A stretch of DNA of 64,000 bases, taken from the NCBI GenBank assembly GCA_964393695.1, contig CAYMWC010000004.1, positions 298 through 64,297 on the forward strand. Reading direction: 5' to 3'. Under the pieces are notes generated by a model that was not told the DNA's origin, did no database searches, and worked only from the letters and a program-made list of their open reading frames with translations. The stretch's first letter is position 1. Each line of letters begins with the position of its first letter. This document shows, in pieces, positions 10,222-19,851 of the stretch. Both the position numbers and the translations under genes were made by a program. This DNA is from an uncultured Pleurocapsa sp. GTDB lineage: Bacteria > Cyanobacteriota > Cyanobacteriia > Cyanobacteriales > Xenococcaceae.

Positions 10222-10266
10222 AAAAAAAGAAGCTAGATTTACTTAATTAAGTAATTCTAACTTCTT
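10222..10266 (-). terminator. Probable terminator downstream of ino1
   Basis: 40-bp near-perfect palindrome AAGAAGCTAGATTTACTTAATTAAGTAATTCTAACTTCTT followed by a T run on the minus strand. Confidence 0.6.
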
Positions 10267-10328
10267 GATTTGAACTAGTAATTGACTAAAATCACCAAGA
10301 TCTAATAAATCTTGGAGCTACTTGCTAG

Positions 10329-10356
10329 TCTAAGGGCGCAAGCCTTGCATCCCTAC
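10329..10356. repeat. Degenerate REP-like palindrome
   Basis: TCTAAGGGCGCAAGCCTTGCATCCCTAC resembles GTAGGGGCGCA..TGCGCCCCTAC and the copy at 42843. Confidence 0.6.
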
Positions 10357-10378
10357 TTTCTATTTTTTTGGTAACTGG

Positions 10379-11473
10379 TCACTGTTGACTGATAAACGCT
10401 TCAGTCATCTGATAGGCTTCTTCATCTGTAAACTGTTGGGGAGGGTGTTTCATAAAGTAAGCAGAAGGAGCAGTTAAAATACCACCAATACCCCGATCTA
10501 AAGCTAATTTACAGCAACGAACTGCATCAATTACTACCCCTGCGGAATTAGGAGAATCTTCTACCGAAAGTCTCATTTCTAAATTCATTGGCACATCGCC
10601 AAACAATTTACCTTCAATACGGATAAAAGCAACTTTATTATCTTTCTGCCAAGGTACATAGTCACTTGGCCCTACATGAATATCTTCGTCTTCTAAACGT
10701 TTAGCAATTACTCCTTGTACCGCCTCAGTCTTGGATTCTTTCTTAGAATCGAGACGGGAGCGATCAAGCATATTACGAAAATCGGTATTACCGCCCGTGT
10801 TTAATTGATAAGTTCGCTCAACCTTGACACCGCGCTTTTTACACAGATCGACTAAAGTTCTATGGGTAATAGTAGCCCCAAACTGAGACTTGATATCGTC
10901 ACCAATAATCGGAATATTATGACGTTTAAATTTATCTGCCCATAATGGCTGGCTGGCAATAAAGACAGGAATACAGTTAACAAAAGCCACTCCCGCGTCT
11001 AAGGCACATTCGGCATAAAATTCAACCGCTTCTTGTGAACCAACGGGTAAATAGTTAATTAAAACTTCTGCCCCTGATTGTTTGAGACTATTGACAATTT
11101 CCGCTTTTGATTGCTCAGGGCGATCGCTTACTACAAAAGTATATTTTTCATCAACACCGTTCATGTGAGGGGCAACTCCGTCTAGGACGTTTCCCATTTC
11201 GACTGTGACCCCAGTTGGGGGAACACGATCACAAAAAACAGTTGTACAGTTAGGAGGAGCAAAAATTGCCTCGGCAACATCTTTTCCTACCTTACGTTGG
11301 TCAATATCAAAAGCAGCAACTACTTGAAGATCGTAGGGTTTATAGCCTCCGAGATCCCAATGCATCAAGCCTATAGCGTCTGATGCCTGTTTGCCCTTAT
11401 AATATTTAATTCCTTGGATGAGTGAACTGGCACAGTTCCCCATACCTACTATTGCAATTTTTATGCTCCCCAC
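10379..11473 (-). CDS. ino1: myo-inositol-1-phosphate synthase
   Basis: IAIVGMGNCASSL, NYLPVGS, GDDIKSQFGAT, QLNTGGNTDF, DSPNSAG..IDAVRC.KLA. Confidence 0.96.
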   Translation of the reverse strand: MGSIKIAIVGMGNCASSLIQGIKYYKGKQASDAIGLMHWDLGGYKPYDLQVVAAFDIDQRKVGKDVAEAIFAPPNCTTVFCDRVPPTGVTVEMGNVLDGVAPHMNGVDEKYTFVVSDRPEQSKAEIVNSLKQSGAEVLINYLPVGSQEAVEFYAECALDAGVAFVNCIPVFIASQPLWADKFKRHNIPIIGDDIKSQFGATITHRTLVDLCKKRGVKVERTYQLNTGGNTDFRNMLDRSRLDSKKESKTEAVQGVIAKRLEDEDIHVGPSDYVPWQKDNKVAFIRIEGKLFGDVPMNLEMRLSVEDSPNSAGVVIDAVRCCKLALDRGIGGILTAPSAYFMKHPPQQFTDEEAYQMTEAFISQQ

Positions 11474-11547
11474 GATTTAACCTTCCTCCATTATTGGACT
11501 ACATTATAGGGAAATCTTACAGTCATTGTTTAAAGAATGGTAAACGA

Positions 11548-13341
11548 ATGGTAATCAATTCCACCATAGTAGATGTTCTACTTGATAAATCGGTACACCA
11601 ACCCCATCAAATTGCTTATACTTTTCTAGCCGATGGCGAAAATGAATCAGGTAGCTGTACCTACCAAGAATTAGATCTTCAGGCACGGGCGATCGCGGTA
11701 CAATTATTGACCAAAGTTAAGCCAGGCGATCGCGCTTTATTAGTGTATCCCTACACTGCTGGTTTAGAATTTATCGCTGGTTTTTTGGGTTGTCTTTATG
11801 CTGGAGTTATTGCTGTTACCGATTATCCTCGACAACATATCAAATCGCTGACTCAATATCAAGATCGCATTGTTGATTGCCAAGCTGCGATCGCCCTAAC
11901 CACCCAGGAATTTGCTGACAGGGTGAAAGGACTATTAATTACTAATCCCAGTCTGGCATTAAAACTGAAAGCTCTACCTTGGATCGCCAGCGATCAAGTA
12001 GATTTAGATTTAGCCTCTCAGTGGCAGAAACCTCAAATTACCAGTGATACTTTAGCCTATTTGCAATATACTTCTGGTTCAACAGGACAGCCTAAAGGAG
12101 TGATGATCACTCATGGCAACATTTTGCATAATTCCGAGGTAATTTATCAGTCTTTTGGACATCATCCTGAAACTAGAATTTTGATGTGGTTACCAATGTT
12201 TCATGATATGGGGCTAATTGGTGGTGTAATGCAGCCTCTCTATACAGGATTACCTGCGGTGTTAATGTCCCCCATTGCTTTGGCACAAAAACCTTTTCTC
12301 TGGCTACAGGCAATATCTAAATACAAAATTACTACCAGTGGAGGACCCAACTTCGCTTACGATTTACTCTGTCAAAAAGTCACCGATGAACAAAGAGCTA
12401 GTCTAGATTTAAGCCATTGGTCAGTCGCTTTTTCTGGTGCTGAACCTGTACGGGCAGAAACCCTGGCAAAATTTGCCGAACTATATGAACCCTGTGGATT
12501 TAAAAAAGAAGCCTTTTATCCCTGTTATGGTATGGCTGAGGCAACGTTATTTATTACGGGAGGGAATGCCCAGAATTATCCCACTATCTCTCATTTAGAT
12601 CAAATCGCTTTAACTGAAGATAAGGTGGTGGCGATCGCACCAGATCATCCTAACTCCAAAGCAGTAGTTAGCTGCGGTCGTACATGGTTAGGAGACGAGA
12701 TTATAATTGTCGATCCAGAAACTAAGATTGAATGTGCCAGTGATAGAGTAGGTGAAATTTGGGCAGCAGGTAAAGGTATCGGTATTGGTTATTGGCAACG
12801 GCAAGAACAAACACAAAACACTTTCCAAGCTACCCTGGTGGATAATCCCAATAAAACCTATCTGCGTACAGGGGATTTAGGCTTTATTAAAGACGGCGAA
12901 CTATATATCACAGGACGAATCAAAGACATGATGATCCTCTGGGGACGTAATCACTACCCCCAACACATTGAAGAAACAGTAGAAACTTGTCATCCTGCCT
13001 TGCGTCTTAATCATGGTGCTGCTTTTAGTATTGAAATTAACGGGGAAGAACAATTAGTTATTGCTCACGAAATTAACCGTTCAGACTTACGTAATCTGAA
13101 TGCTGAAGAAGTTATTGGGGCAATTCGTCTGGCTGTGGGCGAGCAAAACTTGGCAAATGTCTTTGCCGTTGCCCTGCTTAAAACTGGTAGTATCCCCAAA
13201 ACCTCTAGCGGTAAAATCCAGCGTCGCGCCTGTCAAAGTATGTTTCTTGATGGTAGTTTAAGCACCGTCGCCCAATGGCAACAGTCAGAAATACCCGATA
13301 CTGATATTACCGATTTAGCAGGACAGTTTTTTACGGATTAG
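11548..13341 (+). CDS. Stand-alone fatty acyl-AMP ligase (FAAL)
   Basis: YLQYTSGSTGQPKGV, WLPMFHDMGLIG, YGMAEATL, FAAL-type insertion, LRTGDLG, HYPQHIE, PKTSSGKIQR; no fused ACP. Confidence 0.93.
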   Translation: MVINSTIVDVLLDKSVHQPHQIAYTFLADGENESGSCTYQELDLQARAIAVQLLTKVKPGDRALLVYPYTAGLEFIAGFLGCLYAGVIAVTDYPRQHIKSLTQYQDRIVDCQAAIALTTQEFADRVKGLLITNPSLALKLKALPWIASDQVDLDLASQWQKPQITSDTLAYLQYTSGSTGQPKGVMITHGNILHNSEVIYQSFGHHPETRILMWLPMFHDMGLIGGVMQPLYTGLPAVLMSPIALAQKPFLWLQAISKYKITTSGGPNFAYDLLCQKVTDEQRASLDLSHWSVAFSGAEPVRAETLAKFAELYEPCGFKKEAFYPCYGMAEATLFITGGNAQNYPTISHLDQIALTEDKVVAIAPDHPNSKAVVSCGRTWLGDEIIIVDPETKIECASDRVGEIWAAGKGIGIGYWQRQEQTQNTFQATLVDNPNKTYLRTGDLGFIKDGELYITGRIKDMMILWGRNHYPQHIEETVETCHPALRLNHGAAFSIEINGEEQLVIAHEINRSDLRNLNAEEVIGAIRLAVGEQNLANVFAVALLKTGSIPKTSSGKIQRRACQSMFLDGSLSTVAQWQQSEIPDTDITDLAGQFFTD

Positions 13342-13390
13342 CTTGATTTTTGATTGTAAATAACTATTACTTGTACATCTATTTCTGATT

Positions 13391-13942
13391 ATGGCTGATT
13401 TGATGCAGTTTTTTATCCCAGATACTTTAAATTTACTCTGGCTAGCAGTTGGGCTATTTATTGCAGGTATTATTGAAGCTTTTTTATGGAAAACAAGTAT
13501 TTTTCAGCTTCTAAATGTGCCGATTCAAACTGCATGGTTCGGCGCAAATAAAAAATGGCGAGGATTAGTTAGTCTTCCTTTAGCTATGTTAATTAGTGTT
13601 TATTTACTACATTTGATTGAAATTTATCTTTTTTCTTTTCCAGAAAGAGCAATTTTATTTTCTAATTTTAATTTAATAGAATTCGGTTTATTAGTTGGTT
13701 TGATTTTTAATTTATCTGAATTACCTAATTCTTTTATTAAACGTCGTTTAGATATCCCTCCTGGAGATGAAAGTAGCAAAATCTTTTATTTTATCGACCA
13801 CATGGACTCTACCTATGGAGTTTTAATTCTTTGGTATTTTTATTTTCATTTTGCCCTACATTTTATTCTTACAGGTTTAGTTGTTACACCATTATTATTT
13901 ATGGGAGCAACAGAATTAAGGAAAAAATTGGGTTTGAAGTAA
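13391..13942 (+). CDS. CarS/DUF46-like (CDP-archaeol synthase family) membrane cytidylyltransferase
   Basis: PI....FG.NKKWRG and SELPNSFIKRRLDIPPG...IDHMDS match CarS/CdsA CTP-transferase signatures; strongly hydrophobic. Confidence 0.8.
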   Translation: MADLMQFFIPDTLNLLWLAVGLFIAGIIEAFLWKTSIFQLLNVPIQTAWFGANKKWRGLVSLPLAMLISVYLLHLIEIYLFSFPERAILFSNFNLIEFGLLVGLIFNLSELPNSFIKRRLDIPPGDESSKIFYFIDHMDSTYGVLILWYFYFHFALHFILTGLVVTPLLFMGATELRKKLGLK

Positions 13943-14059
13943 TATTCATAATAAATAAATATATTCATAGCTTCGACTTGTTTCGAGTGTTAACCACTCA
14001 AAATAGTTTTATTATTGTTTAATGATAGATAAAGATAAATATAAACTTCCAGGCATTTC

Positions 14060-14914
14060 ATGCACTCAATGACAGCCAATAAAAAAAACAAAAAAGGTCT
14101 TAGTTTTCGCCCTCGCAAACAGTTTGGTCAACATTGGTTACGTGATGAGAAAAGTTTAGATGAAATTATTGCTGCTGCCGAATTAAACTCAAGCGATCGC
14201 ATTTTAGAAATTGGTACAGGTACAGGGATTTTAACTACTAGATTGTTATCTAAGGTTTCTGCTTTAGTATCAGTAGAAATTGATCGCGACTTATGTAAAA
14301 AAATAGTTAAAGATTTCGGCGATCGCGATAATTTTTTGCTAGCTCAAGGTGATTTTCTAGAACTGAATTTAGCAGAGTTACTCCAAAATTTCCCTAAGTT
14401 TCAAAACCCCAATAAAGTAGTTGCTAATATTCCCTATAATATTACTGCTCCAATTATTGAAAAGTTATTAGGTAAAATTGCTAATCCTACACCTCAACAA
14501 TATGAATCAATAGTGTTATTAGTTCAAAAAGAAGTAGGGGAACGTTTAGTCGCTGTTCCAGGTAGTAAAGCCTTTGGTGCATTATCAATTCGGGTGCAAT
14601 ATTTAGCTAGTTGTGAATTAATTTATGATGTTCCTGCTCAAGCCTTTTATCCCCCACCAAAAGTTGACTCTGTAGTAATAAGATTACGTCCCAGATTAAT
14701 CGATAATCCTGCTGATAATCCTCGACAGTTAGAGACATTAATTAAATTAGGTTTTGCCAGTCGGCGTAAAATGTTACGGAATAATTTGAAAAGTGTAATT
14801 GATCTAGATGATTTAACTCAAGTGCTAAAAAAATTAAATCTAAATCCTCAATGTCGTGCCGAAGATTTAAGCTTAGAAAATTGGATTTTACTTAGTAATA
14901 ATATTAATTACTGA
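14060..14914 (+). CDS. rsmA: 16S rRNA adenine dimethyltransferase
   Basis: KQFGQHWL, LEIGTGTG, VANIPYNIT, QKEV.ERL, PPPKVDS. Confidence 0.97.
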   Translation: MHSMTANKKNKKGLSFRPRKQFGQHWLRDEKSLDEIIAAAELNSSDRILEIGTGTGILTTRLLSKVSALVSVEIDRDLCKKIVKDFGDRDNFLLAQGDFLELNLAELLQNFPKFQNPNKVVANIPYNITAPIIEKLLGKIANPTPQQYESIVLLVQKEVGERLVAVPGSKAFGALSIRVQYLASCELIYDVPAQAFYPPPKVDSVVIRLRPRLIDNPADNPRQLETLIKLGFASRRKMLRNNLKSVIDLDDLTQVLKKLNLNPQCRAEDLSLENWILLSNNINY

Positions 14915-14975
14915 TTACTGATTACTGATTACTGATCATGGTTAATTGTTGATTGTTAATTGTTGATTGACTCCT
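14907..14975 (+). repeat. Heptamer tandem repeats (ATTACTG x4; TTGTTAA/TTGTTGA)
   Basis: Direct reading; 14938-14975 recurs at 16717-16747 with one fewer heptamer. Confidence 0.85.
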
Positions 14976-15036
14976 TTTTTTCTGTTACCCGTTACTCATT
15001 ACTTGCTACTCTGATGACTGATTCAAGGTGATTTTA

Positions 15037-15354
15037 ATGTCCCAATATGATCGCATTTATGCAGTTGTTAAGCAAATTCCCCCAGGAAAAGTAGCAACCT
15101 ATGGACAAATTGCCGATTTAGCTGGATTGTATGGCAAAGCTCGGTTAGTGGGATATGCTCTGTTTCGTGTAAACTTAGATGATGATATTCCTTGGTATCG
15201 AGTTGTTAATGCTCAAGGCGAGATTTCTTACTCGTTTCAGCGTCGTGGTGGAGATTATTTACAAAAGATTTTATTAGAAGAAGAGGGAATTGAATTTAAA
15301 AATAATGGCAAAATTGATTTAAATCGCGATCGTTGGCAACCAAATTGTAAATGA
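15037..15354 (+). CDS. Alkyltransferase-like (Atl/YbaZ, MGMT family) base-flipping protein
   Basis: IPPGKVATYGQIA, ARLVGYAL, PWYRV (W in place of catalytic C), LEEEG. Confidence 0.92.
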   Translation: MSQYDRIYAVVKQIPPGKVATYGQIADLAGLYGKARLVGYALFRVNLDDDIPWYRVVNAQGEISYSFQRRGGDYLQKILLEEEGIEFKNNGKIDLNRDRWQPNCK

Positions 15355-15523
15355 CTATGTAGGGTATGCGTAGTTAAATTTATCTAATTACATCGTTATA
15401 ATAATAAATAACTATAAAACTAAAATATAGCGGTTTTGATATTAAAAAAAATTTATAAGCGAAGGCGCATCTAAATTGCAGATCATCCTGTTAGGAAATG
15501 AAATTGCAATCCCTGATCCTGAG

Positions 15524-15573
15524 TTCTGACTTCTGACTTCTGATGTTATACCCTTGTGGTACTTCTGACTTCT
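15524..15573 (-). repeat. Heptamer repeat (CTTCTGA)n with embedded TACCCTTGTGGTA hairpin
   Basis: Inverted 32-bp exact copy of 1821-1852. Confidence 0.9.
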
Positions 15574-15617
15574 TTCTCAACTAGTAATTTAAGTGGATAA
15601 CAACTTATAACAATAAC

Positions 15618-16193
15618 ATGAGTTTATTTGATGATATCAACCAGTTTTTAGAAGAGCGACTTGACGAATTTTTACGTAATAATCCTCATCTAGAATTACA
15701 GGCAATTGAAGAACAGTTACGAGAACAGGAACAAGATACAAAAAAATTAATTGCCAAATTACAGCTAGAAGAAAAAAACCTTCAAGCTCAAATATTAGAA
15801 ATTGCTAATAATATTCAAACTTGGCACAGTAGAATTAGCAAAGCTGAAGCAGCTAAAAGAGCCGATTTAGCTAATGCTGCAAGAGAAAGAGAAGCGGAAT
15901 TGCTCAGACAGGGAAATCAAGTTTGGGGGCAAATGGAGGGAGTCAAACAGCGGCTAGTCAAAGCTCAAGAACTACTCCAACAAGTGCAACAAAAACATCA
16001 AGAAATTAAAACTCAATCAACCCAAGCAAACACTACTCGCACTGCCAATGGTTATAGAAGTGATACTGTGGGTTGGGATCGTGGTGCTAATTCATCTCAA
16101 TACAGTCGTAGCGCTGATCCTCTAGAAGCAGAATTTCAAAAATGGGAAGTAGATGAAGAATTGGAACAGATCAAAAGAAAGATGAATCAATAA
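15618..16193 (+). CDS. PspA-like coiled-coil protein (TIGR04376 family)
   Basis: MSLFDD..QFLEERLDEFLRNNPHLEL..EEQL; C-terminal WE.DEELEQIK. Confidence 0.85.
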   Translation: MSLFDDINQFLEERLDEFLRNNPHLELQAIEEQLREQEQDTKKLIAKLQLEEKNLQAQILEIANNIQTWHSRISKAEAAKRADLANAAREREAELLRQGNQVWGQMEGVKQRLVKAQELLQQVQQKHQEIKTQSTQANTTRTANGYRSDTVGWDRGANSSQYSRSADPLEAEFQKWEVDEELEQIKRKMNQ

Positions 16194-16339
16194 TTTATCT
16201 CAGCAATAGAGCAATACCCTAACTTATCTAGGTCAGGGTATCTTAGTGTAGTAATGCTAAATAATTCGTAGTAAACGACTAATAACTAATAATTAATGAT
16301 GCTCAACAACATAATTTTAATAGTTATTTACTGCGCTAC

Positions 16340-16492
16340 CTACCAGTCAAAGCGAGAATAATCACTACTAATAGTGCCACTAAAAGGCTGTACTCCTACT
16401 GCGGGATAAGAATCATGATCAGGACTAAAGATTTCTATGAATCCTTCTGTTATGTATTGAATAATATTTTGGACTATTCTAACTAAAATCAT
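16340..16492 (-). CDS. 50-aa conserved cyanobacterial small protein (possibly IsiD-like), not in ORF track
   Basis: AGGAG then ATG; MILVRIVQNIIQYITEGFIEIFSPDHDSYPAVGVQPFSGTISSDYSRFDW; QY..E...IF.P..D.YP..GVQPF.G motif. Confidence 0.8.
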   Translation of the reverse strand: MILVRIVQNIIQYITEGFIEIFSPDHDSYPAVGVQPFSGTISSDYSRFDW

Positions 16493-16871
16493 AGTTTTAA
16501 CTCCTATTGTTATATCCATAGGGAAGTAGATAGAATTTCCCTTGATTATCTAATCATGACTGAAACATGGAGATTTATTCAGCTATTAGTAATAGTTATT
16601 TATTTACGTTTATATTGCAAAATCTTTGTTTGTAAATCTTTGAAGACTCGGTTGTATTTGTTAAATATTATTGATGAGTTCTTGACTTTTATTATTTAAC
16701 TACAGTGTAACATTTTATGGTTAATTGTTGATTGTTGATTGACTCCTATGCTCCTCTGCAACGCCAAATAATTAAATCTACTTAAAAAAGATTGTCAACA
16801 AGCCCTAATCACGCTATATCTATATAAAAAGACAGCTAAATAAAAATTACTATCAATAAAATTGACTGCTT

Positions 16872-17228
16872 ATGACTCAGACAATAAATCTCAAGTCGTC
16901 AAAACTACCAAGACTTCGAGAATTTCAAGAATTTATTTTTATTGGTAATTCTTCTGCTCAAGTCCAGACAGATTCCTTAGAGCAATTGCATGATGCTCCT
17001 AATACTCAGTGTTTGAATACTAGCGGTACAGGGAGTTTTTTATTGATTACTCAAATTCATACCCTCAAACAGATCACTCGCCAGTTAAGCAGATTAAAAC
17101 TCAAGCCAGGAAAAATAGTGCAATTGATTAGCAAAACCAAGAATGGTTCAGTAGTAGTGAGCTACAACGGCAAGTTAATTGGCATTGGTGCAACAATTGC
17201 CCAAAAAATTATCGTAACTTCGGTTTAG
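16872..17228 (+). CDS. feoA: FeoA-domain protein with N-terminal extension
   Basis: RQLSRLKLKPGKIVQLISK...GSVVV...IGIGATIAQKIIV SH3-like FeoA pattern. Confidence 0.7.
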   Translation: MTQTINLKSSKLPRLREFQEFIFIGNSSAQVQTDSLEQLHDAPNTQCLNTSGTGSFLLITQIHTLKQITRQLSRLKLKPGKIVQLISKTKNGSVVVSYNGKLIGIGATIAQKIIVTSV

Positions 17229-17240
17229 TCAAACAAGATA

Positions 17241-17492
17241 ATGGAAATAACAATTAGTATTTACGAATTATCTTTAGGTTCAGTAGGGGTTGTAGTTGGC
17301 TATAGTCGAGTTTATGGCGGTTATATCGGCAAACTAGTATCTAAAGGATTAATACCAGGTACTCCCTTTGTCTTGCTTAATTTGGCTTTAGAGCAAGGCA
17401 CTGTACAAATTATGCTACAAGAAAAAATTATTATCTTATCTAAACCAGAAGCTAATGCTCTTTGTATTGAGCCTGTGGCGGAAGATAACTGA
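17241..17492 (+). CDS. feoA: FeoA family protein
   Basis: L..G..G.VVGY...KLVSKGLIPGT...LSKPEA. Confidence 0.72.
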   Translation: MEITISIYELSLGSVGVVVGYSRVYGGYIGKLVSKGLIPGTPFVLLNLALEQGTVQIMLQEKIIILSKPEANALCIEPVAEDN

Positions 17493-17509
17493 AGCAGCAA
17501 AGTTTTGGT

Positions 17510-18391
17510 TTAATCATCTTGTCTTTGAGCAAATCTTAATTTAGCCGATCGCGAGCGCGGATTTTCTCTTTGTTCGTCTGCTTGAGCAATGATGGGCTTT
17601 TTAGTGATTACTGTTAATAATTCGCTGTTACGAAAATGGTGTTTAACAATACGATCTTCTAGGCTATGAAAACTAATAATACCAATCTTACCTCCTGGTT
17701 TAAGCCAAGTTGGAGCTTGAGCAATAAATTTTTCTAAAGACTTTAATTCCTGATTAACTTCGATGCGTAAAGCTTGAAATGTCCGAGTCGCAGGATGAAT
17801 TCTGCCATGACGATATTTGCCTGGGACAAGAGTAGCGATCGCTTCCGCTAGCTCGGTAGTGGTTTGAAAAGGACGTTGCTGCACAATTTTTTTGGCAATA
17901 CGACGAGAAAATCTTTCTTCTCCGTATTCATAAATTAAATTAGCTAGAGATACTTCCTGCCAATGGTTAACAATTTCGGCTGCGGTAATACCTCCAGAGC
18001 GATCCATTCGCATATCTAGAGGAGCAGCATGGCGAAAACTAAAACCTCGTTCGGCAATATCTAATTGGGGCGAGCTAACTCCTAGATCGGCAATAATTCC
18101 GTCAAATAAATAATTTCCTGGTTGATAATCAGCAAAATTACCCTGCCAAAATTCTAATTGCTGAGGATAATAGTCCCTTAATCTAGTTTGGACAGCAGCG
18201 ATCGCTGTTTTGTCCCGATCTATTGCTACTAGCTTAATATTTTTTCCTTGGTTTAAAATCAATTCACTATGTCCGCCAGCACCAACCGTCGCGTCTAGAT
18301 ATCGTCCTCCTGAACAGATATCTAAACCAGCAATCAGTTCACGACTCAGCACAGAAGAATGGTTGAATAGACTGGGTTTCTGGGCTGTCAC
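17510..18391 (-). CDS. rsmH: 16S rRNA m4C1402 methyltransferase
   Basis: [63 protein letters not shown]. Confidence 0.98.
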   Translation of the reverse strand: MTAQKPSLFNHSSVLSRELIAGLDICSGGRYLDATVGAGGHSELILNQGKNIKLVAIDRDKTAIAAVQTRLRDYYPQQLEFWQGNFADYQPGNYLFDGIIADLGVSSPQLDIAERGFSFRHAAPLDMRMDRSGGITAAEIVNHWQEVSLANLIYEYGEERFSRRIAKKIVQQRPFQTTTELAEAIATLVPGKYRHGRIHPATRTFQALRIEVNQELKSLEKFIAQAPTWLKPGGKIGIISFHSLEDRIVKHHFRNSELLTVITKKPIIAQADEQRENPRSRSAKLRFAQRQDD

Positions 18392-18578
18392 TAAGTTTAA
18401 CTCCTAAAAATCTTAATTAAAATTTTATAACCTAAGTTATGAAAGATACCAATTAAATTTAAATTTGCGGTTAGAATAATGGAATCAAGTATTTAGTAGA
18501 ATAAGGACTAATCTTTATTATCTACTGCTACTTTTTAAACTGTTTATCAAGATAAGGTTGAACTTATCGTATTCATAT

Positions 18579-18782
18579 ATGGAAGTTAGCCAACGCCCAG
18601 GAAAAGCCGAAGACTCTCCTGGTCATAGGTGGGCAGGAATTTTAGGAACAGGAGTTGCGGTAGTTACCTTGACTCTACCTATAATTATGATTGCCTCCTA
18701 CTCCCCATTTAGCAGCAATGCACAGCCACTGCCAACAACAATTAATCAATTACAGGAAACTAGAATTAACCCAATGAAATAA
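18579..18782 (+). CDS. Small single-TM hypothetical protein
   Basis: GTGVAVVTLTLPIIMIASYS hydrophobic segment resembling conserved cyanobacterial small proteins. Confidence 0.6.
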   Translation: MEVSQRPGKAEDSPGHRWAGILGTGVAVVTLTLPIIMIASYSPFSSNAQPLPTTINQLQETRINPMK

Positions 18783-18975
18783 AGAAAATTACCGCGCTAC
18801 AGGTTCTTTTTAATAACAGCGTTGGGCAAGATTAAAAATCATCATCTCCTAAAAGAGTCAGCGTCAAAGTTAACTTTATGTTTAAAGATAGCTGAATTTT
18901 TTGCCTCTAACAAGATTTTTTCCTTAAATTAGGAAAACTAACTAAAATATCTATGTTTGTTGACGGCAAAAAAAC

Positions 18976-19848
18976 ATGAACAGAATTAATTCACAGCAGT
19001 TATTTCTGACTGGCATTTTTTTGGTTGCTTTGCTTTTTAGCTTAGAACTAACTTTGATTAAGCCAGAAAGAATGCTGTTGGCAGCCCATAGCCATGACTA
19101 TCCTAGTCCAACCGCGATCGCTATGGTTGAGCCTGAAGTACCTGTTACCACTGAATCGGTAGAATATGTGACTATAGATGGACAAGCCATCAAAGGCTAT
19201 TACGCATATCCTGAAGGTACAACCGAACCCTTACCAGGAATTATCGCTATTCATGAGTGGTGGGGACTCAATGACAACATTAAAGCTATGACTAGGCGGT
19301 TAGCAGGAGAAGGATATCAAGTACTAGCGGTAGATTTATATAATGGTCAGACAGCCCAAACGCCCCAAAAAGCAACTCAATTAGTATTGCAAGTAACGGG
19401 TAATCCTTTGGGTACGGAAGCTAATATTACCAAAGCCTATAAATATTTAACCACAGAAAAAAAAGCTCCTAAAGTAGGAACTATTGGCTGGTGTTTTGGT
19501 GGTAGTTGGTCACTCAAGACAGCATTACTATTTCCCCAAGAGCTAGATGCAGCAGTAATTTATTATGGTGGAGAAGTAGGATCAGCCACTCCCAAACAGT
19601 TAAGCACTTTAAAAATGCCTATTTTAGGTATCTTTGGCGCAGCAGATGATACAATTCCTGTCAAAACTGTCGAGAAATTCCAATCAACTCTAGAGAAACT
19701 GGGAAAAGAAGCAGAATTTTATATTTATGACAATGCAGGACACGCTTTTGCTAATCCTTCAGGTCAAAATTATATGCCAGAAGCAGCCGAAGAAGCTTGG
19801 GAAGAAACTACCAAGTTTTTAGAAGAACATTTAGTTAGTACTCAATAA
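18976..19848 (+). CDS. Dienelactone hydrolase family protein, exported
   Basis: HEWWGLN, GWCFGG nucleophile, AGHAFANP; N-terminal signal/TM. Confidence 0.93.
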   Translation: MNRINSQQLFLTGIFLVALLFSLELTLIKPERMLLAAHSHDYPSPTAIAMVEPEVPVTTESVEYVTIDGQAIKGYYAYPEGTTEPLPGIIAIHEWWGLNDNIKAMTRRLAGEGYQVLAVDLYNGQTAQTPQKATQLVLQVTGNPLGTEANITKAYKYLTTEKKAPKVGTIGWCFGGSWSLKTALLFPQELDAAVIYYGGEVGSATPKQLSTLKMPILGIFGAADDTIPVKTVEKFQSTLEKLGKEAEFYIYDNAGHAFANPSGQNYMPEAAEEAWEETTKFLEEHLVSTQ

Positions 19849-19851
19849 TGA

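Noticed and set aside
11422-11547. Track start of FAAL overlapping ino1
   Set aside because: It would overlap the divergent ino1 start; FAAL similarity begins at ATG 11548.
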